Source: a virus
DNA length: 64,000 bases
Virus record (IMG/VR): IMGVR_UViG_3300027747_001183
Reading direction: 5' to 3' (one strand)
Shown here piece by piece: positions 35,008-42,949 of the stretch (the stretch's first letter is position 1; each line of letters begins with the position of its first letter). Made by a program: the position numbers and the translations under genes. The notes beneath the pieces are model-generated. The model worked only from the letters and a program-made list of their open reading frames with translations. It searched no databases and was not told the origin of the DNA.

Positions 35008-35286
35008 TTAATTTTTATAAGCAACTGGTGTAGCTGCCAAAGAAACACCTGAATGGTTTGACGTTATAATATCTGTTTTACCTTTTTCTACGATAAAACT
35101 TTCTCCACCTACAATAGACACACTCCACAAGATTGTTGTGTTAGTTGAGTCTTTGCATGTAATTACAGCTAAAGTTGTTATTGCACCTGCATGTGACATC
35201 AATACTAAAGAACTATTACCATAAGAACTAAAAGTTGAAGTATTACAACTTGATGTATTGCCAGTTGGTTTAATTATAGCAGCCAT
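35008..35286 (-). CDS. Small hypothetical virion-associated protein
   Basis: 92-aa ORF coupled (TAATG) to the long upstream gene. Confidence 0.7.
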   Translation of the reverse strand: MAAIIKPTGNTSSCNTSTFSSYGNSSLVLMSHAGAITTLAVITCKDSTNTTILWSVSIVGGESFIVEKGKTDIITSNHSGVSLAATPVAYKN

Positions 35287-38200
35287 TAGATTCCATGCTC
35301 CTCTGCAAATGCTAGAAGAGTGTCGATGCCGTCTTGTGAACCAAGCATGTCATCGAACTTAACCCTGTTCTCTTCTGAGAGCGTATCATATAGACGCTCT
35401 AGTACTTCTTCTGCCATCTTCTTCTTCTTTGACCTAAGAAGCTTAAAGTCTATCTTGGTAAGCTTCTCGTCACGGTTCATGTCTAGGTTCTTCTGTCCAC
35501 CAACTAATTCTTCTACCTTGATCTCTCTCTTTGCTGCCCTAACGAACTTAGGGCGACCATTCGGGAAGACTCTGATAATCATGGGACCCCTTGCAGAATC
35601 CTTTGTAGTTACGTCAGTGTCTTCATTTCTTATAGATCTCTTAGTCATAGATCCGAGAGATACCCTTGGCTTCTTTTCTACTGCAGGGGGCTTGCCGTGC
35701 TTCACTACGTGCATGAAGTGTTCGTGCGAGTGAGCCAGGGCATTCTGTACTTCTTCTTTCTTACCCATAGCTACCGTAGTATTTGCATGTATCTCAAGGG
35801 CTTTTGCTACGTGCTTTGGATCTACGAGGTGCTTCTCGCCGTTCTCAAAAGTAAGCTTGTGCATACCGTTGACTGGAGCCTTGTGCATCTGGTTGATGAT
35901 GTTGTTATTTGCTGCGCGTTCTACGCGATCTGACTCTTCTTCGTCGTCGCCCTTCTTCTCTACTACGTAGTCTTCACCCATGCGGTTCATGAAGTTGCCG
36001 TAGCTGGAAGCCATCTTACCAGACTGGCTGTAAGATGGAGCTGAGTCAGAAGTCTTATCTTTATCGCCATAGACCATATAGTCATGGACTCCAGAGATCA
36101 TCTCCTTGGCAGAAGCGATCTTTGACTGTACCCATGGCTCGATGTGCATGCTCTGAGACATATTGTTCATCATGTCTTCAGCTTTAGCGCATATAGCCTT
36201 GAGCTCAGTGCGCACCATCGACACCTCATCAGAGACGTAGTCGTTGTCTTCATATGCCTCGTTGCGCTGCTTTGAATAGTAGGCAGCCATCGCCTGCTTC
36301 ATTCGTTCTTTCTTTGACTTGCCTGCTAAATTAGAAGCTTTACTGTGAACAAAGTCTGATATCCAAGTACCAATAGGAGTCTTCTTTGTAAGGACTTCAT
36401 TGACTTGCTCGACTTCTTCATTCTGTTTAGTAGAAGATTCTTTTTTCTGTCTTTCAAGATCTCGAATTTGATCTAGAATAGTGTTCCTCTTATTACGAAG
36501 TCCTTCTTCTCTAGGACTCATAGTTCTGCTTCCTCTATTTCTGCGAGCTTGTTGTGCGCGTCCATATAGAACATCATGACGATTATATTGGTTTTGCAAG
36601 CTTGCAATCTTCTTGTCGATGTTTTCATTGACTTGCTCGACTTCTTCAGCAACAGATATAGTACCTATATGACGACCAATTGGTTGTTTTTTATTACGAA
36701 TATAATATAAATGAGTATTTTCCTCACCATACTTATTTGTATGACTAATTGTATGACCTGGAATATCAGCTCTAATACGCCCAGGACCATAACGATCTCT
36801 CATTGCTTTTTTGTGGGCGTCTGGTACTGTTGCTTCATAAAGTTCAACTTCTTCTTTAATTCTTCTTAAAGCACTAGGTTCTACGATTGTTTTTGTACCA
36901 CCCATTGTTGTAATACGAGATTGCGTACCTGTTATAAATCCACCAAAGTCTACTTCATGATCACCATTAGGTAAAATTTTTGTTATAATACCTTTATGGC
37001 CATGAGAAGCAGATCCTGGAGCATGGATTTTTACAAGATCACCAACATGGTGTGCTTCATCAATAGTTCCAGTAATGCCTTTTCTAAGAACAGTATCTTT
37101 TTCTTGTTCGCCTTTAGAAAGAGCATAAAAAGGTGTTCGTTGAAGTTTTTCTCTAGCAGCTTGTTTTTCTGGATTAGGTGCAGGCACTTGATTAACTGTT
37201 TTACCCCAACCTTTATGAACTTCAGAATCTTGTGCTCTAGAATTACCACCCATTCTTTTAGATGTAAGAGCAGCATGAGCGCTATTAAAATTCGCCACAG
37301 AACCAAACCCTTGCTTTCTTCTATTACCAGCGATAGGTGACACACCACCTTTAGTAGTACCATAGTGATATTTTGTATTTAATGCTTCATCACCTCGAGT
37401 CGCTGCACGTGCAGTTCTTACATTTTGTACTCCAGGACTTACAGGACGAAATGTTCCTTTTTTACCCATTTCATTGACTTGCTCGACTTCTTCATTCTTC
37501 ATAGGTTTTCTAGAATAAACGTCAACGCGTGCGCTGTGCTCAGGCTTGATGTCTTGAGATGTCATCCTATAGTGTTTGCCGCCCCTCTTATAAAGGTGCT
37601 TGAACTTATCGAGAGGAGTGCGGCCGCGAACCCTGTGTCCGCCGACGGCTTTGCTCTTCATGTCAGCGAGCTTCTCGTCGTAGTCGGGATCGTCTTTCTT
37701 AATAGTGCCGATGTAGGTGTCGGTACGACTCGCTTCGTCGAGCTCAACGTCTTCGTTCTTCATAGCTGCTTTACGGGCTTTTTCATCTCTCATCATCTTT
37801 ACAATGTTTGGTGAACCAAACTCTGGAGCTTTCTTCATTGTGTCAGAATAAAGCTTTGGCTTAGACATAGTTGACTTTGCTTCATCAAGTTCTGCTTCTT
37901 TTTTCATTGAAGTGTAGCCAAGACCAGACCAGTGCTTCTTGTGTACGTGACCGAGAACGAAGTCGCGAGGATCAGTGTCCATCTTGGCAAGATGGTTCTT
38001 TAGACCTTCGAGGTGACCGTGCTCGATATGGTGAGCAGCCTGAAGCATGTCATGCCTATCGATGCCGCCATGCTCGCGCGCATAATTTCTAAGCTCTTTA
38101 TGGTCGCCAAGTGAGTGGCTCATGTTTGCTTCGTTGTGAATCTTCTTTAGAGTCTGTGCGAGCTTTAGGCCCCTGTCATATGCCTGTGCAGACTGGTCAC

Positions 38201-38387
38201 CTTCGTATGATGCAGTCTTTGGATCTTCCCTGCGCTTGTTGCCGTTGAATACGTGCTCTTGATCAGTAACGCCTGGAACTAAGTTCTTGTGATCGACCGA
38301 GTGAAGAGCCTTGAAGTTCTTCTCACCCTGTGATAGAGGCTGCTGAGTCTCTTTGAGAGACTTCTTTAAGAGGTCATACATTTTCAT
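35286..38387 (-). CDS. Modular prohead-core-region protein (~1033 aa), candidate cleavable polyprotein
   Basis: Sits in the gp68/internal-protein slot; repeated EEVEQVNE, EDVELDEA, EEVELYEA and EAELDEA linkers separate basic modules. Confidence 0.8.
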   Translation of the reverse strand: MKMYDLLKKSLKETQQPLSQGEKNFKALHSVDHKNLVPGVTDQEHVFNGNKRREDPKTASYEGDQSAQAYDRGLKLAQTLKKIHNEANMSHSLGDHKELRNYAREHGGIDRHDMLQAAHHIEHGHLEGLKNHLAKMDTDPRDFVLGHVHKKHWSGLGYTSMKKEAELDEAKSTMSKPKLYSDTMKKAPEFGSPNIVKMMRDEKARKAAMKNEDVELDEASRTDTYIGTIKKDDPDYDEKLADMKSKAVGGHRVRGRTPLDKFKHLYKRGGKHYRMTSQDIKPEHSARVDVYSRKPMKNEEVEQVNEMGKKGTFRPVSPGVQNVRTARAATRGDEALNTKYHYGTTKGGVSPIAGNRRKQGFGSVANFNSAHAALTSKRMGGNSRAQDSEVHKGWGKTVNQVPAPNPEKQAAREKLQRTPFYALSKGEQEKDTVLRKGITGTIDEAHHVGDLVKIHAPGSASHGHKGIITKILPNGDHEVDFGGFITGTQSRITTMGGTKTIVEPSALRRIKEEVELYEATVPDAHKKAMRDRYGPGRIRADIPGHTISHTNKYGEENTHLYYIRNKKQPIGRHIGTISVAEEVEQVNENIDKKIASLQNQYNRHDVLYGRAQQARRNRGSRTMSPREEGLRNKRNTILDQIRDLERQKKESSTKQNEEVEQVNEVLTKKTPIGTWISDFVHSKASNLAGKSKKERMKQAMAAYYSKQRNEAYEDNDYVSDEVSMVRTELKAICAKAEDMMNNMSQSMHIEPWVQSKIASAKEMISGVHDYMVYGDKDKTSDSAPSYSQSGKMASSYGNFMNRMGEDYVVEKKGDDEEESDRVERAANNNIINQMHKAPVNGMHKLTFENGEKHLVDPKHVAKALEIHANTTVAMGKKEEVQNALAHSHEHFMHVVKHGKPPAVEKKPRVSLGSMTKRSIRNEDTDVTTKDSARGPMIIRVFPNGRPKFVRAAKREIKVEELVGGQKNLDMNRDEKLTKIDFKLLRSKKKKMAEEVLERLYDTLSEENRVKFDDMLGSQDGIDTLLAFAEEHGI
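36396..37494. repeat. Three exact 25-bp direct repeats encoding EEVEQVNE
   Basis: TTCATTGACTTGCTCGACTTCTTCA at 36396-36420, 36624-36648 and 37470-37494; spacings of 228 and 846 bp keep the frame. Confidence 0.95.
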
Positions 38388-38601
38388 CTGATTGTTCTTC
38401 CTGATCTGTGGTTTCTTGTTCCTCAGAATCGACTGCTTCTTGCTGACCGTCAGTAGCACCAAAGATGCTAGCGGCTACATCAGGAAACATCGCGTCAACT
38501 GCGTCGGCCACCTTAGATGTCATGATATCGTCGATCGCGGTCTTTAGTCCGACTGCGTCCTTGTTGAATGCGCTAGTAAAGATGTCAGCGATAGTAGTCA
38601 T
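38374..38601 (-). CDS. Small acidic prohead core protein (gp67-like by position)
   Basis: 75 aa with an acidic tail, directly after the portal; late promoter and GGAGG RBS. Confidence 0.7.
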   Translation of the reverse strand: MTTIADIFTSAFNKDAVGLKTAIDDIMTSKVADAVDAMFPDVAASIFGATDGQQEAVDSEEQETTDQEEQSDENV

Positions 38602-38625
38602 AATTCCTCCAAAATCTGCATATCA

Positions 38626-38633
38626 TATTTATA
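38626..38633 (-). promoter_or_regulatory. T4 late promoter
   Basis: TATAAATA. Confidence 0.8.
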
Positions 38634-38634
38634 A

Positions 38635-40251
38635 TTAGTAGGCTTCGCCGGACCCAGACACCTTAGTACCCTGTTCTACGCCTGTAGTCTGGGATTGGTT
38701 TCCGGTTCCGTCTAGTTCTGGTCTATTTGCGATGGGCGGCGGCGGTGGAGCCATACCTGGGTCCTGAGGAGGAAGCATTGGAACTTTCTCTTCTGCCATC
38801 TCGTCCATCATGTCTGCTATCTCCTGCTCGCTCTGGAACAGGATGTTCTTGCGTACCCACAGGTCTGAATAGTAGCGTCCAATGTAGGGCATGACTTGGT
38901 TCAGAAGCTGCAGCCTGTTCTGCATGATCTCGATCTCTTTGAACTCTTCAAAGTGGTTGTCCACAGTAAAGTCAAAGTGAATCTGATTCTCTAGCTCTTT
39001 CCAGTCTTCCTCAGAAACTATACCCTTAAGGACTAGCTGCTTCTCGAGGGCTTTTAAGAACAGCATAGAGAACCTGCGACGCAGGCGTCCTACAAACTTA
39101 GTAAACTTTACCTCGTCTCTCGAGATCTCAGACGCCCTGCCGAGGATGTTTGCGGACTCTTGGTTGAGACGGGAAACTGGAACGTTGAGTGCCTGATAGA
39201 GCTTCTTCTGGAAGTACTCTACGTCGGTCATCTCGCCGAGGTTCTGCCCTGCTGGGAGGGTAGTGATCTCGGTGCCCTTGTTGCCTTCCCTTCTCGGAAG
39301 CCAGTAGTCCTCGAGCATCGTCATGTACTTACGATCGTCGCGCACCTCACCCGAAGTGGCGTCGTATACTAGACGGTTCTTGTGGCGGACCATCATGTCG
39401 CGAAGGTACTGCTCAGCCTTTACCTTAGGTAGATTTCCAACGTCAATATAGAATATGCGACGCTCAGGAGCGCGAGAAATACGATAGATAACCGTAGCAT
39501 CTTCGAGCGTCCTTAGCTGGTTTAGCGGCTTGATAGCCTTCTGCACGTACGAGTAGACCAGCTGGTTGTTCTTATCAGTCAGCCCAGAAGTAACGTGGAT
39601 TATTGAGTCGATTGATATTCTTAGACCGCCGGTAGAGTTGTTGTCCTGCGCTATGCCCGCATTTCCGGGTGCTGCCATGAAAGTGCGGTCTGAGTATACG
39701 TAGTACTCACGCTTTACTTTCTGGACTACGATCGGCCCCTTGGCTTCTTTCTTTACTTCGCGTATCTTCCTGACCTTTCTAGGGTCTAGATAGCGAAGCT
39801 CTTGGATTCCAAGGCGTGGATTCTTCTCGTCAATGATGAGGTGATAGTACATACGGCCGTCGACGTACCATCTCTTGAAGAGCTCGTACGCCTCGATCTG
39901 AAAGTTAAAGAGCTTGAGGATAGTCTTGAACTCTTCCCTTATCTTCTGCTTGATAGGGTCGCCGTATTCTACCTTGTCGAGATTAATGTCGATTATCTTC
40001 TCGGCGTCGGTGTCGATAGCTTCGTTGACGATGTCGTCGATGGCTGCTTCGAGTTCAGGCTGTAGTGAGATCTCTCTGTACTTAGCTACTAGCTCAGCCT
40101 CAGTGCGGGCGGTGCCGTCTAAGTCAATGAAGGTGCCGTAGGATCCACCCGCAGCAACGACGACTGCGCCGTCGTCCTTTATCTCTGGGGCAAAGGACTC
40201 TAACGGAGTCTCGTCTTTTCTCTTGATTTCAAATCCAAATAACTGCATCAC
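38635..40251 (-). CDS. 20: Portal vertex protein gp20
   Basis: RAPERRIFYIDVGNLP, MLEDYWLPRREG and RDEVKF. Confidence 0.97.
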   Translation of the reverse strand: MMQLFGFEIKRKDETPLESFAPEIKDDGAVVVAAGGSYGTFIDLDGTARTEAELVAKYREISLQPELEAAIDDIVNEAIDTDAEKIIDINLDKVEYGDPIKQKIREEFKTILKLFNFQIEAYELFKRWYVDGRMYYHLIIDEKNPRLGIQELRYLDPRKVRKIREVKKEAKGPIVVQKVKREYYVYSDRTFMAAPGNAGIAQDNNSTGGLRISIDSIIHVTSGLTDKNNQLVYSYVQKAIKPLNQLRTLEDATVIYRISRAPERRIFYIDVGNLPKVKAEQYLRDMMVRHKNRLVYDATSGEVRDDRKYMTMLEDYWLPRREGNKGTEITTLPAGQNLGEMTDVEYFQKKLYQALNVPVSRLNQESANILGRASEISRDEVKFTKFVGRLRRRFSMLFLKALEKQLVLKGIVSEEDWKELENQIHFDFTVDNHFEEFKEIEIMQNRLQLLNQVMPYIGRYYSDLWVRKNILFQSEQEIADMMDEMAEEKVPMLPPQDPGMAPPPPPIANRPELDGTGNQSQTTGVEQGTKVSGSGEAY

Positions 40252-40264
40252 AATTCCTTAAGAA

Positions 40265-40296
40265 AGAGCTGCTATAAGTTTATTTATAGCAGCTCT
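40265..40296 (-). promoter_or_regulatory. Late promoter embedded in a 13-bp hairpin
   Basis: AGAGCTGCTATAA-N6-TTATAGCAGCTCT containing TATAAATA (40281-40288). Confidence 0.75.
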
Positions 40297-40302
40297 ATTA
40301 AC

Positions 40303-40854
40303 TTAAGCCCCGCCGGCGTTGCCGGTAATACCACCGACTACTTCGAAGTTATCGTAGAGGAAGGTTACGTTGAACTCTTCTATCTGGTCCTGTGCGTTCC
40401 AGTCAAGTCCAATGTTTGATACTTCAGTTGGGAAGATTCCGTTGAACTGATAGATCCTGAGAACTTCACCGGCTTTGCCGAACTGAGTGACAGTAGCCTG
40501 TGACTTGTAGAGTGCAGGTGCACCCGAACCAAGCTGGCTGATGTTACTCTCGTAGGCGTTGATCGAGTTGTTCCACTTTTCCATAGCATCGCGGATCAGG
40601 AAGTCTTCGTCGTTGATGATCTGCACAGCCCATGGCTGGAAAGTACGGTCACCGGCGATGTAGATCTTACGGCCGAAGTATGGTACTGCGATGTTGCCGA
40701 GGGTGGAGGCAGGAATCTCTGCCCTCACCGTCAGGAATGGGACCTTAAGGTCCGCGATTGGAGCTACCGGGTTGGTGATCGTTACCTGGAATAGGGCAGG
40801 ACGAGCACCACCTAGAGGTAGCTGAGCTCTCATGTCATTGATTGAAAAGGCCAT
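40303..40854 (-). CDS. 19: Tail tube protein gp19
   Basis: GGARPALF, GRKIYIAGDRTF.PW, NDEDF and IEEFNVTF. Confidence 0.95.
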   Translation of the reverse strand: MAFSINDMRAQLPLGGARPALFQVTITNPVAPIADLKVPFLTVRAEIPASTLGNIAVPYFGRKIYIAGDRTFQPWAVQIINDEDFLIRDAMEKWNNSINAYESNISQLGSGAPALYKSQATVTQFGKAGEVLRIYQFNGIFPTEVSNIGLDWNAQDQIEEFNVTFLYDNFEVVGGITGNAGGA

Positions 40855-40868
40855 CTCTCATTCTCCCC

Positions 40869-42893
40869 TTAAAACTTGCCAACGATTTCATCGAAGCTTA
40901 CACCGGTGCGTACTGCAACGAAGTTAAGCTGGATGAAGTTGATTGAACGTGCTGGCTTGATATAGATGTCGCCCCAGAACTCATTGCGATCGATACGCTC
41001 CGAAGTATTGTTCGAGCCGTCGCATACTACCTTGAATTCGTAGATGCCGCGGCGACCCTTGATGTCCCTGAGGTAAGGCTCAACTAGATTGCGGAAAGTA
41101 GCCCTAGTGAACTCGTCGTTGAATTCAAACAGGGTAAACTTAGCCGAAGTAGAGATGGCCTTCTCTAGAACGATGAAGAGGCGACGAACGTTGATGCGAT
41201 CGAATGCCGATGGCTTGCCGAGTAGGGTCTTGTCTCCGTAGAGAACCACGCCTTCACCAGGGAAGTTAACGACTGGGTTAACGTCTGCCTTGTAGAGTGT
41301 ATCCCTATCAGACTTTCCAGGGTTGAATGCTAGCTTCACGACGTTCTTTATCTGACCGCGGTTGAAGCCGGCTGGAGAGAACCAAGGATCGCGAGTATTG
41401 TCCGTGCGGACGATAGTGCCGGCAACGTCACCGTTTAGTGGTACCCAGCGATATACGTCATTGTACTTATCGTACATGTACTTATATCCAGAGTCCATTA
41501 CTGCGTATGACGTGTTATGGATTGAGTTTCTGAAGCTTACGATCGATGACGGAGTATCGCCAGCGTTGTTTACAACAGTCTCAAGGTTTGGAGACACCAT
41601 TACTAGGCAGTCCTTACGAACTTCAGCGATGTTGTCGATAAGGTAGTTGGCTAGACCTTCTCCGCTTACGCCGTACTGATTCTTACCAGTAAGGATTAGG
41701 GAGATGTCGACCTGCTCATTCTTTGCAAACTTGTCATATGCAGCTGCCGCCTGTGCTAGAGTCTGCGTAGTCTCAGTGATGCCGTCAGCGCCGGTGCGGA
41801 ACGACTGAGTGTATGGACCAACTGTGATTGCAGTCATGTTTGCTGCAGTGTTGGAAGATACACCGGAACGTGCATTCGAGAACCAAGCGTACTTAGAACC
41901 GCTGTTGATTACGTTCTGGTAGAAGTTAGAACCACCCTGCTCTCTTCTAGCGTCAGATGCCCTAGATACCTTCTGCCATACTTCTAGTACCTGTCCAGGT
42001 GTTCCAGTAAACATGCCGTCTTCGTCAGCGATGACGATGTGCATCTCGTCTCCAGAACCGCCCATGTTTGCAGTATAGGCTGAAGTGCCGGGAGCGCCGG
42101 TTACGTAGTTAAAGTATTCCCAGAGCCTAGTAGCAGAGATAGCAGCGCTGTTTGAAGCTAGGTTATACGTAGTCGAAAGAGATACGTTTGCCTGAGCAGT
42201 GAATACAGTCGAGTTAGCAGTAACCGATGGGGTGCCGATCGAAGTGATCCTGATATTCTGGAAACCGATCGAGCTGTTGCCGCCCTGAATGTAGTCGCCG
42301 ACCATAAGCTTACCTACGATAGTGTTTGCCATCGTATTAGCGTTGGTGTTTGAAGTAGCGCTGGTGACTACGATCTGGAGAGTATTGCTGTTGGTGGTAA
42401 AGTTGAATGAAGCTACGGAGTCTGTGTTTCCCGAAAGAGAAGCTGAGAACGCGTTAGATGACTCACAAGTAGAGATCTTTAGAGAGTTGCCGACGTCGCC
42501 AGCCCACTTGGCAAGCCAGTAGGTGCTCGAGTCGAAAGAACCAATCTTGTTTTCATAGTCAGTGCGGTTCTTGACCTGCTGACCAGAAAAGCTTGCAGTA
42601 GCATTTACTGCTGCAGCGGCGTTGTATGAGTTAGCTGCAATCGACCTTGAAACGTAGAGACGGTTTCCGTATGAAAGGAAGTTAGCTCCGGTGAACCAAG
42701 TCTCATAGTTGTTGGAAGTTGGACGTCCAAAGTTAGATACGAGTTCATCTTCAGAAGATACTAAGATTCTTTCTAGAGCTGGACCCCATCTGAAGACGCC
42801 GGCGATTGCTCCCTCAGTCGTAGAGACTGCTGGGACAATGGTTGTTAAGTCAACTTCTGTGACATTAACGCCAGGACTTACTTGAAATGGCAT
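40869..42893 (-). CDS. 18: Tail sheath protein gp18
   Basis: SPGVNVTEVD, PWFSPAGFNRG, FDRINVRRLF and IKPARSINFI. Confidence 0.97.
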   Translation of the reverse strand: MPFQVSPGVNVTEVDLTTIVPAVSTTEGAIAGVFRWGPALERILVSSEDELVSNFGRPTSNNYETWFTGANFLSYGNRLYVSRSIAANSYNAAAAVNATASFSGQQVKNRTDYENKIGSFDSSTYWLAKWAGDVGNSLKISTCESSNAFSASLSGNTDSVASFNFTTNSNTLQIVVTSATSNTNANTMANTIVGKLMVGDYIQGGNSSIGFQNIRITSIGTPSVTANSTVFTAQANVSLSTTYNLASNSAAISATRLWEYFNYVTGAPGTSAYTANMGGSGDEMHIVIADEDGMFTGTPGQVLEVWQKVSRASDARREQGGSNFYQNVINSGSKYAWFSNARSGVSSNTAANMTAITVGPYTQSFRTGADGITETTQTLAQAAAAYDKFAKNEQVDISLILTGKNQYGVSGEGLANYLIDNIAEVRKDCLVMVSPNLETVVNNAGDTPSSIVSFRNSIHNTSYAVMDSGYKYMYDKYNDVYRWVPLNGDVAGTIVRTDNTRDPWFSPAGFNRGQIKNVVKLAFNPGKSDRDTLYKADVNPVVNFPGEGVVLYGDKTLLGKPSAFDRINVRRLFIVLEKAISTSAKFTLFEFNDEFTRATFRNLVEPYLRDIKGRRGIYEFKVVCDGSNNTSERIDRNEFWGDIYIKPARSINFIQLNFVAVRTGVSFDEIVGKF

Positions 42894-42936
42894 TGTTTTC
42901 TCCTTTATTTCATAAACAATCTACAAATCGTATTCT

Positions 42937-42944
42937 TATTTATA
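42937..42944 (-). promoter_or_regulatory. T4 late promoter
   Basis: TATAAATA upstream of gp18. Confidence 0.8.
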
Positions 42945-42949
42945 AAATG

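Noticed and set aside
36396-37494. 25-bp repeats as a CRISPR array
   Set aside because: Spacers are 203 and 821 bp, in frame within a coding gene; no cas genes are present
38388-38462. Longer N-terminus for the modular protein as given in the ORF track
   Set aside because: It overlaps the gp67-like gene extensively; the ATG at 38387 near that gene's stop is more plausible
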